DNA of 61,545 nucleotides, counting the filler, from Sluysia triapertura (Eukaryota), in NCBI GenBank assembly GCA_046118255.1. It is 4 parts of 4 records of this genome, joined end to end, with 100 filler letters (N's around TTAATTAATTAA, not from the genome) between each part and the next. Parts side by side here need not be neighbours in the genome. Positions count along the whole stretch, not along the records: positions 1 to 15,455 come from JBJNIA010227791.1; positions 15,556 to 29,246 come from JBJNIA010024731.1; 2 more parts are not named here. The stretch is one strand, 5' to 3'. Each line of letters starts with the position of its first letter. Positions within the stretch are counted from its first letter, which is position 1. Below the pieces are notes generated by a model. The model saw only the letters and a list, made by a program, of their open reading frames with translations, had not been told where the DNA came from and made no database searches. The position numbers and the translations under genes were made by a program. This document shows, one piece after another, positions 12,371 to 25,700 of this stretch.

Positions 12371-14561
12371 ATTAGTAATTCCTTATAATTACAGGTGGAG
12401 ATTCAAGGCTTTAACAGATCCTAACATTGCTTCCCCATTCGAAAATTTTGTTCTCTAAATAAAGATTACGTAAAAAAAGAAAGGTGTTTCGTTTAAAGTC
12501 GTAAATTGGATTAATAAAATGAATATTTTATTATAATTTATATTTGTGAAAATGTAAACACGAAACAGTAACAAATATAAGTATTGAATATTTGATTTTA
12601 ATATTCAATTAAACTGATAAAGCAATTAATCAATAGTTAACAAAAATTGATAAATTAACTTAAATTAACAATTGGATAATAGTCAGTTCTATTAAATAAA
12701 TAATAATAACTTAATAATATAAATAGGCTAAGTTTTTAGTAAAACATACTGTCAATCAAAGTTATACAAAGTTAAAAATATATTAAAATGACAAATATTA
12801 ATGATTAGTATGTGTTTAATCTTCATTAATGTGCTTTTTAAAAATAGATTAAAGTTATTATTGATTGTAGATTATATGGTATTATTATTATTATTATTTA
12901 TTGTTATAAAAATTATTTTTATTACAAAAGTTTAAAAAATAATTCTTTAGAAAACATAAAAAGGTAATTTTTGAAAATAGTTGTTTTAACTAATTTCTCA
13001 AGGACACCCAAGTATCTATAAAAGCTACATTGATTTTACATTAATCATACAATTTTGTAAACACAAATTTTCAGACATTTTATAAACATCTATTTGGAAA
13101 ATTATTTCTGGACTTGATTACTATCGAGTTAAGTACAGTATACGTGAAGTTTATTCGGACATTTTTAAAATTTTTTTCTGGCAATACACCGTTTTTGGAT
13201 TATATACATACATCGAAATTTCTGTTGTTAATCGATAGTTTTATTTTTTAAGTTTCGCCTGTTTTCACTGTACGTAAAATCCACTTAAAATCATTAAATT
13301 TTATTTTAATCGCTCCTTTTAATTTGAATGATGTAAAATCAGATTTAAAATATCTGAATCTGATTATATTACAATGAGTGATATGACTGTCGAGCGATCA
13401 GCAATAGACAAAGAAATCATCCAAAAGTAAGCGTAAATAAAATTAAATAAAATGAAAAATTTAAAATACATAGTTTCCATAAATACGTCTATCGAACTAG
13501 TATAAATAGTATATTATAGGTAAACTCAAGTTGATAATACATTTATTCTGCAAGAACGTAAATAATAAATTAAAATTTTAGAGGCTACAAACTTTTTAGC
13601 AATAAATTTAATTTTACAATTAGTCAGGTTAAGTTAGATAACTTGTAGTGGCCCAGCTCATGCTGATAATTTTATTGTATCATTAGCATTACACAAATAC
13701 ACGATATCGCTCCTCGAGCACATTAAAATACACTTATTACCTACTATTACGTATGTTCGATTAATTTACAAAATGTTATTTCACTTTACCGAACAATTAT
13801 AATTAACTTACTGGGTTCGCCTATAATCTAAGATTTATTTCTCTCGGAAGACTTAGTTATAGGAAATGTCAAATGCTGTGAAAAGACTCCTTAAAGCTAA
13901 AGCAGTTATCACAATTGAATATTTAGCAATATTAGAGGGTCGTATATAAATAATTCCCCAATATTTTTCTTTTTCTATAAATGACTTCTAATGAGTCCGG
14001 TTGATAGTCATCAATACCGGGTTCCTCAGAATCATCTATTATATACTTAACTGAAAATGTATAAGACCTACGAAATTTTTTATTATAGTAGATACTGCAT
14101 TCAACAATGGTAGTTCTATACAATGGACAACTAGGTAGCGGAGATGGTGAACTATAAAAAAATCATATAGACAAAAGAAGTGAAAACGATGGAAACAAGG
14201 GGAAGTACAAGCAAAGTATTTACGGATAGATGGCACATGTTGAATATGACATTCTGAACTGAAAACAAAATATATAATAAGATAATAATTAAATAGTACA
14301 ATAATTTTAAAAATTAAAAAACCTAAACCTATACAATTAAGTAACGATTTTATTTCATGTATGACTGAAATGGATGGTGACCATCACATACAATCATTTG
14401 CACGATCCTTATTGATTTATTATCTAAGACTAAGCCTAACTATTTAATTTTAATTCTTTATAAATTTAAAATTAATTATCATTATTTAAATACTACATAT
14501 GACCCATCATGAATAGTAGAACCATTACATATGGTCAATTATGCAATATATAGTGTAACAC

Positions 14562-15321
14562 TTATATGAAGAAATGGGCTCTATGCCTAATAAACAAGTA
14601 GAATTTTGGAATAATAAAATTGATTACTAATGTTATTAAAGAAATTATTATTAAAATGTAGTTAATGGTTATGATGAAATTATTGTTGGATTTTACTATA
14701 ATTGGAAAACTAGTATTCTCCTTACTTATATTTATACTTAAACCGGTAGTGTTCGCACTTGTACTCCTGTTCCTATTGATAGTATTTGAACTAATATTCC
14801 TATTCCTGTCATAAAATATATTCGTAACATTGTTATTAATTTTAAACATTTTCGTACTTATCTATGATTGGTATTAGTACGTCATGGTATCTCATTGTTG
14901 GCCAAAATCCTTTTACATCATGTAATTCTGTTTTTCTTAATATCCAAAATTTGATAAACATGAGTGCATTAGTCGGAATATGATATAGACGAACAGTATC
15001 ATTATGCAATATCATTCCGTAACGTAAACCGTCAGATAGTTCATATGCAATTATCAATATATTATTGTATAATGGGTTATGAATACGTATAACATTTCCG
15101 AGATAGCGATAGATGATCATTGGGAACTCAATTACTGCTGAAGATTGTCGGAAAACAAATGGTTTAGTTCTTATCTTATAATATTGTATCAAGATAGTCC
15201 TGGAATCACTCTGAGAGTCATATTCTAGTTCCATAGTTATTGTTACACTAATTAATTCGTACTTGGAAAGATCAATGCAAGATATAAACCAATAGAGATC
15301 CTGCCCTTGTTTCAATTTCAT
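14562..15321 (-). CDS. Orphan coding-like region: 159-aa ORF overlapped by a 95-aa Asn-rich ORF with a C-terminal hydrophobic helix
   Basis: Long open frames for such AT-rich DNA. The second ORF has sequons NVT, NIS, NRS, NTT, NIS, NTS and then YILIIISLITLVINFII. No family recognised. Confidence 0.35.
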
Positions 15322-15455
15322 ACCAATCCATTATACAACATTTTATTTGAACGAAAAATAATTTAATTTTATCTGTTAATATTGCTGGGTTCTTTTCTAA
15401 CCTAAAGACTTACCTACAGCAAAAATAATCAATATTTATGAGTCCGTTTACAGTA

Positions 15456-15555
15456 NNNNNNNNNNNNNNNNNNNNNNNNNNNNNNNNNNNNNNNNNNNNT
15501 TAATTAATTAANNNNNNNNNNNNNNNNNNNNNNNNNNNNNNNNNNNNNNNNNNNN
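15456..15555. other. Artificial contig spacer (44N + TTAATTAATTAA + 44N)
   Basis: The 12-mer gives stops in all six frames. Identical spacers at 29247-29346 and 40924-41023. Confidence 0.97.

Positions 15556-15630
<75 letters not shown>
15556..15630. repeat. (TTA)n microsatellite at contig start
   Basis: Direct reading. Confidence 0.95.
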
Positions 15631-15632
<2 letters not shown>

Positions 15633-16454
15633 ATTTGAGAATAACTTATTAAATTTTGAAAAATGACCTTCATAATCAAAATAAATATTTTATATAACCT
15701 TTAGTCCTTTGAGATAACATATACCAGGCTTTGAGTAGAAAAATGATTGGATAATATCTTTTATACATTCTTAACTCAAATTATTTTCCGTTTACACCAT
15801 TTATCTATTGAATTCAAAAGGTAGTGATTAAATGACGTAATATCAGGATAATAGGATTGAATCCAAATAAAAATATGATTTAAAATGCCTTAACTCAGAA
15901 ATTTTTTCCATCAATTTTTGGAATCTATTTGGTTTGACTAGTTTTTTTAAAGATGTTTGTACTACGATGTTTGAACGACCTGATTTATTAAAATTTATAA
16001 AAATTTGATACCACATTTTCCTAGATTATAAATATTCTTTTTCAATATTGTTTTGAAATAACCAAAATTTTATTTAAAAAACTAAACTGCTTTGTTGAAA
16101 ATTTTAATACTTCAGGTATTTTGTCAAAATTAATTAATAGGTTAACATTTTAATAACTGAAAATTATTGAGTTCCAGGATTCGATGATATCCAGCTATCA
16201 TATTTAAGAACGCATATTGTTTTTGAAACTATTTTTGATATTTGTTTCTTAAAGGTTTTGTGAGATTATAAAATGTGTCAGTATTCCTAACACATTACGC
16301 ATCTCGAGCACATTGAGCTTTTCGGTAGTAGTTAATTTTCATCATACTTATTTTAAAAGTTAGTTTCTCATCTCATTGCAAAATTTTCAAAATTTCATAA
16401 CATAACTGCCTAGGATTAAAAGGAACAAATTTTCAATATTTAATATTAACTTTT

Positions 16455-16498
16455 TTTAACCGCGTAAAAAAGTACCGTGTAAAACGAGGGATAGGTGT
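16455..16498 (+). mobile_element. pogo/Tigger-type transposon terminus
   Basis: AACCGCGTAAAAAAGTACCGTGTAAAACGAGGGATAGGTG resembles pogo-type terminal repeats. Confidence 0.4.
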
Positions 16499-18145
16499 TT
16501 TAGAAAAATATCTTGCTTTTTGCTTATTCTCAATGTGTTTATCACTTTGTCTGGTTACAGCTTTATTTAATCTTATAAATTTTGAAAATACTTGTAATTA
16601 ATTTTAAACCTAATTTTTTATTTCTTAATTTTATTTGCGATTTTGTTATTTTGAGTTTCTTTCCTTTTAACTTAATATTTAAAAATGAATTAAAAACCGG
16701 CTTTAAGGCCTGGCAAACATTAGTTTAAAATTTAATAAATAAAGTTAAATAAAACAGAACAATATAACAAGAATAAATTTAATAAAAAAACAATCAAACA
16801 ATAACGTACATTGTAATCGTGTTGACTTTTAATTTGTCTCGTTAGATTTGTATTAAGTACAATATCTCCACATAGATATTTAGATTTCAGCACATTTGAT
16901 ACACTTGCGTCGGAAACACACCGTAATACATGAGAATTTTCAGAAATTTCTAATCATTGTAACAAACAACGAATTATAAATTTAAAGCTAAATTCGTCGG
17001 ATTTAACACGGAATTTAATTTCGTATCAATAAATAAATGAAATAATAAACAAGCGACAATATCATACTGTATTTCATCATTTTAGAAATATATCAATAAA
17101 ACGATATAAAAATGATGCATGAATGTAATCATCTAATTCTTTGCCATAGTGTGAAGTAATCAAATTAATAAAATGATATAAAGTACAATCTAAACTCTGC
17201 AAAATTTAAATAAGGTGTATGATGATTTAATTTAATTAGTTGTAAAGCATGAATTAATTATAAAAGTAAAAACGTATATTTGTAATTATCAGTAATTTGA
17301 TTAAATTCATCCTTAATGGCACATATTAATAGCTATTTTAATAAGACCTGCACAAGCCATGAAATAGAAATCATCTATAAAAGCTTTTCTGTCCTGATTT
17401 TCAGAAACTATATAACTTCTAGGATGAATTTGATAAGGATCCTCTTCAAATCACAACATATGACCAAAACTTTAACTAAGCCACTCTTACGATTTAAAAC
17501 TTGATGATACTGTAGATTATTTGTCTTAAATTGGCTAGTCTGCAAAGTCCAAGATAAATAAGGGTTAAGGTTATCGAGATGAATAGATGCAAATGCGTGA
17601 AAAACATCAAATTTTACTTTTCTCCTTTGAAATTCAATATATAATTTTCTTTATTTAATTCTTTAATTTTTCTTCATCTAAAAAATTAGCAATAATGGCA
17701 TAACCGATTTACCATAAATATATTTTTCACGTTTACGTAATGCTTTCCCAACTTTTTCATAGAAACCATAAATTGAAAAAACTTGTTTATTAACTATTGC
17801 CATTTTAACTAAATATTTAGCTTTTAACATTATATCTGCTGGTAAATGTTTCATTAATTCTTGTTTATCATTGTTTAATTCAAGTGACATAATATATTTT
17901 TCTGTAAAGTCAGCACGTTTTTTTAAGTATGAATGCTTTTTCTCCAACTATTTGTATTTTAAATGCACTGGTTTCACTTTTATCAAGAGAAGTCTCGTCT
18001 TTACAAAATAAATCACTTTGTCCACCGAAAAGGCACATTTTCAAAATTGATGATTCTATTAGAAATGTTGAAATAATTATAATTTTTTGATTCCAAATAT
18101 TGGTTTGTAATTATTTCAAATATTAATAATATTTATTAAAAAATC

Positions 18146-18300
18146 AGAAAACAGTCAAATGGTATAAAAAACTTTTCTGCGTTCTGAATCTTCTCTCTTG
18201 AATGCATAATGCCTTTACAAGATGCGAAATTAGGAAATAATTTCACTTATGGACTTCAAAAAAGAACTACTTAAAAAAGTTTTCGGAGAGTTTGACAGTT
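18146..18300 (+). mobile_element. piggyBac (PGBD4-like) transposase C-terminal fragment
   Basis: RKTVKWYKKLF...SLLNA...LYKM...ISLMDFKKELLKKVF, with frameshifts. Confidence 0.7.
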
Positions 18301-19650
18301 AAAAAGAAATATTGAGAAAACCACCTAAAAATCGTACCCAAATATACCAAGTCTCAGAAAAATATAAAATTAGTAAATTAAGAAGTAACCACAACACAAC
18401 AATAATAAAGTTAACAATAATTTTAATAATAAAGTTAAATTGTACAGTATCACATATTATTATGAAGTGTGAAATATTATAAATATTGTGTTTTATATTA
18501 CATTGCTCTGTAGTTAGTTTAAGATTTTATTTGGATTATATTTATGTTTGTCTATGATTGTGTTTATGATTAGTATGTTCACCACAACAATAGTGAGAAT
18601 TTAGCTACGTAATAATTATTTTAGAATGGAATGAAAAAATTTAATATGACAGTAAAAAAACGTTTATAAAAGGCAAGTTTTATATCGACACAATCACAAA
18701 TAAGAAAAACGGATTTATCTGCTTTCAATCCTCTAAAAGTAATTCAAAAGAATTTGAACATTTATTATAATATAATGTGGACGTATATTAAGAAATAATT
18801 CGGACTTATCTATAGTTTGCTTTTATAAGTTAGTCTGTAAGTTTATAGCAATATTTAGTCATCATTCTGCATCATAATAAATTAGTAAACGTAATTTAAG
18901 CTATAAATGACCAAATTAAAATTTATTGTTTAAAACTAATGTTTTTTTAAATATTTACCTAGTTAAATTATTTTTGTTTATAATATTTATTTTAATTTGA
19001 TAATAATAGACAACGACCTCGATTAAAAATTCGCTTATAATTACAATTATTTAAGAATCAAAGATGTTCTGTGCGAGTTGTAGTGTGAATTTTTTCTATT
19101 AACTGGAATTTGAAATTTGTAATTACAATATTTATTGGATTTAAAAATATTTATAGGAACTTGATTAAATGTTACTGTAAATTTACTATTAATGATGTAT
19201 TTAGGTTTAGGTTTTGTGAATTTGTTTTTTCGGTTTAGTGGTTTTATATAAACTTTCTTTGGTATTCCATTTTATTTTCAGAAGTTTGAAATTTTCTATT
19301 AAATATTAAAAAAAGATGTATGAATTTATTTTAACATTATTTTAATTTTATTTATAAATATTTAAATAAATAAGAATTACAAGTTGTCAGTTTATTAATT
19401 CTATAGAAGATTATTTAAATTTATAATATATTTATTACTATAAATCTTAATAATAATATCAATATGATACTATTTTAATATATGAATATCCATATAAATA
19501 TAAAGAAGAAGGAAATGTTAAATTAATCAAGTACAAGCATTTCTAATGTTTCTTTTAGTAGACAGATTCAATTAAATTAATTTTTGTTATATTAAATAAG
19601 AAATTATGTTTTATTATTATTATTATCATGTCATTATCAATACGTTTCAG

Positions 19651-22600
19651 GAATCTATGAAGCATTTGTTGGTCACAAGAATTTTTATATGGGTCGTCAA
19701 CCGAAACCGTTAGAAGGGACTGATATTGTTAGTCATTGCTTCTTTTACTATAAAAGTGTTTTGTATTTAAAGATAAAAATACTTTTATACAAAAATAATT
19801 AAAACAATTCACAATTGAATATTGAATATTATTTTAATTATTTATATAGTATCGGTAAATTATTTGTAGCTGGGTATAAATTTAAAAAACAATTAACGAA
19901 ACAATATGTTTTTCTATATTAATATCTGTATTAATTAATTAAATTAAAAAATAAAAATTCAAAAGTTTATAAATTTAATTGTACATATGTCTTTTCACAA
20001 AAATTAAACTTGCTTCATCAAAATATTTTCCTCGATTTTTAATAACCTCAGCTCAGATTTTGGCGTGCGATTAGTTAATTTTTGTAAAGTATCAGGCTAG
20101 ATTTTTCTCCAAGTGATATCTAATATGTTCAAGAGCCAATTTTTGGAGATTGGTTCTTTATTCACCGTTCAACCACAACTCGATGTGGAGATTGAAGTGA
20201 CAATTCCATAAGTTTAAGGATTTCGCGTTGCTCTAATTCTTCTAAATAATCTTTGCATATTTTACTTGTGTGATTAGGATCATTAACTTGCATAAGCACA
20301 AACTTTCCTGGAAATATTCTTTCTGCGGATATAACTTGATGTCTCCTTTGCTATGATTGTCACAATTCGATTATTGCTGCCAACAAAACCACAAACCACC
20401 ACTGACCCCCCACTAAACAATTTTCTGCAAATCATTCTAGAAATTTTCGAATTTCGACTCATTTGTGCAAAGGACGTTTTGCCATTGCCTAGTGGTCCAG
20501 TTTTTTTTGGCCAAATCAATCTTTTCTTTAGATCTTTCTGCTTTAAAAGTGGTTTTCGGCAACCACTCGACCGTACAAACCAAATTTTCGTAATAGATTT
20601 TTTATTGTAGAATTTTTTCCGGTTTTATTAGACAATGACACGTTTTTAATTTGTCTGTCTCGCCTTTCTGAAGTTTTTTTGGTCTACTAGACCTTGCTTC
20701 TGTTTGACAAAAACTCTTTAACGTCTTATGCACATAACCACATGAAATCTTCATCTTTTAACAATTTTGACTTGCGAATATCTTTCCTCACTGTAAACAA
20801 GAATTATTTCACGTTCTACTTCAATAAGTTCTTTTCTCCATTAATGGTACTAAAACCTTTTTTTTACGAAAAAGGAATAAAAAATTTTTAAACTAAAATT
20901 TAACTAAACTCTTCCAATTTGATATCATAACAATATCTAAGACTGTATAATCTAATAAAATTAAAAATGTGCCATTTATTTACTCGAAGGAATTTGTTTT
21001 ATTAGGAATCAAATTTCTTGCGATAAATCGGTAATTCAAACAAACTGAATAAAAATAATGTAGTTATTAAAATAATCAAAGTAATAGTTTATATTTTAAG
21101 ATAATATATTGTATTATGAAGATAATGACAATATGTATTATTATATTTTTAATATTGTACCCTGCTACATAACTTTGTCGGTAGTATATAGAAATTACCT
21201 AAATTGCAATGAAAGTTATTTATTTTGTCTTATTAAATACTGTAATTCTTTTGTTAAAAGATATTTAACTTTAAAATTTATTGTGTAAATTTTATTTCGT
21301 ATCCGGATTAAATCAATGAAACTCGTTTATTTGAATCTCACTGATGTGAATTGTAAGGTGGAGGTTAGTTCTAACTTGTCTATGATGAAATAATGTTGAA
21401 GATTTTATGACAACTTTATGAAATTTAAATAAATTTTAACTTTGATATAATTCAATAGTGTTTCAATAATTTAACCAAATTAAAACAATTCGAATTATTA
21501 AACTAAATCAGTATTCAATCAGTACTTTATTATGTGTCCTTTAGTAGAAACTACTACCTTTTATTTTCTAACCAATTAATTTCATTCTATAATAACTGAT
21601 CTATAGTTAATTTATTCCACTATAACATTAATTTCTTTATATAATTAACTAATTTCGTTCTTCGAATTATTATGATATGTTCACTTTATATCTACATTAT
21701 TTAATTTTGTGCTGTCACATTTGTTTGGGCGTTTAACAGAAAATATCAAGATTAGATTTCAGATATATTTTTCAAAATAAAACATTTCATTCCACATACC
21801 TTCTATACCTCTTTCAGTTTGAAACGTTTCACAATAAGCGTTAATTCATAAGTTTAAAATTTCTTTAATCTTAAGCACATTTTAAAGTGTTTGAACATTC
21901 AAAAATCACTCGGACTTAAGTCAAGATGTAGTGAGCCAACATCGCAAACGTTACGAAAACTAAATTCACTTTACATTTAAAAATTATGTTGAACTAAAGT
22001 GAGATATTTCCTTACTCATGTAATACACAACTTTAAGAAATCTTTTACAATTTACACACTTTCTTAAATCATCAAACATTCTTCATCCGAACCTAAAACA
22101 AATATGCAATTTATTTCTTATAAATTAAATTATAACTGGAATTATTAATTTTGGTAGTCTAATTATTAATTATTTTAATTCAAGTTGTCTTCCATTAATG
22201 TAATAGACGAAATATCTAAATTATACGATGTAGAGGAAGAAAAATTGTTTTTGCCAAAAATTCTAGTCTATCAAGAAACATACTATCTGATTGTTAATTT
22301 TTTTACTTCAATTTCATTACAATTTCGAAATTTATAAAACAATTTGTAGATTTTTTAACAAAAAGTAATATTATCGATGTTTATTATTTTGGTGTTATCA
22401 TTACGAGAGATTAAATGAATATCTAAGAGTATTAATTTAATTCAATTTAAATTAATCATATAATAATTAAAAAGATTTTAATTCAGACCGTTTTCGTTAT
22501 GCCATCCTCCAGTGCACGTTGTGCTCAGTTACCCCGAGCTGAAGATAAACTCCCATTTTTTGTAGCATTAAGAAAATTGAGAGATTTCGTTCGTGGAGAT

Positions 22601-22763
22601 ATTCCATATTTATCTGATGAGGATGTTATTTTTATGGATTATACAGAATACAGAGTAACTCAACCTGACCCTAAAAGTTTACGAAAGGCTGAACGACGTC
22701 GTAAGCGCAAAGCGGAACAATTGTTAAATGAAGAAGCAGCTTTGAATGGGTCCAATAATCATA
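19651..22763 (+). CDS. TDG: G/T mismatch-specific thymine DNA glycosylase, two internal exons (19651-19727, 22487-22763)
   Basis: Spliced product IYEAFVGHKNFYMGRQPKPLEGTDI|TVFVMPSSSARCAQLPRAEDKLPFFVALRKLRD carries the TDG/MUG motif VMPSSSARCAQ. Splice sites TTTCAG/GTTAGT and TTCAG/GTACGT are in compatible phase. The upstream catalytic GINPG exon was not found. Confidence 0.9.
19847..21186 (-). mobile_element. Full-length degenerate Tc1-family transposon inside the TDG intron
   Basis: Degenerate ~30-bp TIRs (TAGTATCGGTAAATTATTTGTAGCTGGGTA / TACCCTGCTACATAACTTTGTCGGTAGTA) flanked by TA. Transposase remnants RSSRPKKTSERRDRQI, GLYGRV..RKPLL, SGGSVVVCG, NDPNHTSKICKDYL, QSP..IELW, RGKYFDE. Confidence 0.88.
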
Positions 22764-25700
22764 GTACGTTTGTTAAATTTAGATTTGATAGTATGTGCTC
22801 TATTATATGCCAATATATTTTTTACTCTTATTCTGCTATTTTTATTATCAAATATCAATGATTGCGATTGGAATATGTAGTTAAATAAAAATATTTATCA
22901 ACAATAATATTGGTAATAAATTGGATAGTGATTAATAAAAAATTTACGTAAACTGCAAATGTCTTTATGCAATTAATAATTTGATTTTGAAACTTTACGT
23001 AAGACACGTTAAACTCGATCGCTAAAAGTTTCTTATTTTTATTAAAATTACTGTTTATCGTGAGTATTTTAACTTGACTCACGATGTTTCGAGATAGAAG
23101 TGTTAAATATATAAGGTGGTATTTAAAAACTCAAATTATATATTAGTTGTAAAAAAATAAAGTATCTTTATAAATAATTAGTCACTCAAAAATCGATTTT
23201 ACTGAACTTTAGATTAATTTTAAATTTAATGTGATAATTATATATACTACACTAGCTATATATACTACACAATGGTACTACAATTATTGTGTTATGTCCA
23301 CTAATTGATAAATTTATTTGTCAAAAATTACGTTTAAAATTGTTGTCTCATGCTTTAAACTCTTTCTATGTTGAACTTTTGTAACCAATAAATTCTTAAT
23401 TTTCATCGTAAAGATTCCTCTCTAACCATCCTATTTCTATAATATCTATATATAGTGGATTTTATACTATAGTTAATAGCCAAATTCTGCTTATGTGCTT
23501 GTTAATTACAGTTCATAATATTTAGTGATATTATTTAGTGATAGTATTCGCTAGCTAGTATTCATTTTTAGTGAATTTTTCAAATATTTCGACGTCCTAC
23601 ATTTAATCCGTGTGGGCAGGGTTTTTTATATTTTAAATTTAATAAATTGTAATTATTTTTATGTAATTGTAATTATGTAAAAATTATCGGAAACATGAAA
23701 TTTGGAAAAATTAACGAAATATTAAACTTATTAATTACTAAACTAGGCTTAAGGCCTTTTAAACGTGACAATTTTAACAAAAAACGACCAAATTTTAAAA
23801 TCTATTATAACAGATAAAAGTTAAAAAACCTGATTAAAAACAGGTTATCATCTACTTGACATAATAAATCTTCAGAATTCATAATTATACAAAGTAATGT
23901 GCCTCGTTTGCGCACGTTGATTCATAACAATGTAAGCGTGACTCATACGAAACAGTATAATTCAAGCATCAAGTATGGCAAGACATGAATTTGGAATTAC
24001 GCAGTACTTTATAATCACTCGTTTATTTGAATACATGTCATTTTGAAAAAATTTAATGCATTTAACAAAATTAGTTTCACAGAAGCAATTTTTCTTAGCA
24101 AAAGTACGATCTGCACTTCCATATATTGAATAATACCAATTTTGAAATACAATAAACATGATACAAAATTCAATGTATTTAACCAAATTAGTGTTTACAG
24201 TTTTTAACATGTTAAAAAATCGATAATTAAAATTCTTTTACCTCTATAATAATTTGATTTGTTTGCATTAATGTAATTTTTAATCTGTTTATCAGTGGCT
24301 AGAATTATTCTGGTTTGATCATATGAAAGAATATTTGTAAATCTATTTTTTCTACTGTTGCATTCTGACGATCCTATTCTTGTAGTAAGTCTAACTTGTC
24401 CTGCAATTAATTTGGCTTTTTTTAGTCAATTCCATATATTCTGCTATTAATAGTTTATTATTTTTTGGCATCGCTCATAAACTGCTCAAAGTGTTTAATT
24501 TCAATATCTTAACAGTGACGTTTAGGTAAAACATCGGGTACAACGTCAACAATTTCTGCCATAATATATCCATTTGAATTGTGATTAACATCTTCATGTT
24601 TATAATTTTTGATTTTCAATTGATCTTGTTTTGTCTTTTCACTTTTATAAGAATATATAACAGCAGCAAATAAGACAATCATACTTATTAGAATTATTAA
24701 TATTTTATAGCTCGATTCTGTAATACTTTATAATTTAAACTGTTTCTTAGTTGATCTTCATTCATCATGTCGCAATTCTTCAGGAACTGGTGAAATCGCT
24801 TCAGTCTGTGGATAATAATTAGGTTCTTTATTTGAATTAACGAATCCATTTGAAGTTTAAGGATAATTTGATAAGGAATCTTTATGTTGCGGAGTAGTGC
24901 TGCCACACGAAGCCTTTAAATTTAGATAATGACTGCCTCGAGAAACATTAGATTTTCAGTATTAGATTGAAAAGAATCTGGTGTAAAAGCATATTTTATT
25001 AAAAATGATGGAACACTTAATCCATAATCTCGCTAAACTTTCTGAAGATTAATTAAAGCGGAGTTAATATCCGATTTTTGTAACTGACTGAATCCCATTT
25101 CAAAAAGTACAAAATGTCGAATTAACAATCGCAGTTAAGTCTTCTGAATCTATGAATTTTTTAGTAGTTGGAAAAGTGCAACTTTCAAAAAGAATATTTA
25201 TAGTTTCTAGTTTTACCATAAATGAAGAAAATAATTTACAAAATATCATTGATAAAGCTGAAAACAAAAGAATAAAAAGAAAGGTTGATAATAAGAATAA
25301 AGAGATAATAATGATAACAATAACATGATTATTTAAAATAATGTTAAAATAATGTTTTAAAATAATGGTATTGTTGATTTTAATATGAAAGTTATTATGT
25401 GGCAATCGTGGCAATTATATTATACGACAATAATCCTAATAATTATTATATATTATAATACGATTGGATCTATAATAACGATAGCTATAGTTCATGATAA
25501 TTATGTACAATGGTTATGTAGTTTGTTTAATATTCTATGTAAGTAAGTGATCTTTTTATGTGATGATATGATTTCCCTACAATTAAATATTTAAATATAG
25601 TTAAAAAATACAGAAAAAAATGCTTTGGCTTTTCTGGACAAATATAGCACCAATTTTCTGTTAATACATATTGTGACATTTTTGTAAATGTATGTTGTAC

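Noticed and set aside
15500-15511. TTAATTAATTAA palindrome recurring three times
   Set aside because: It is always centred in 44N+44N, so it is an artificial six-frame stop linker.
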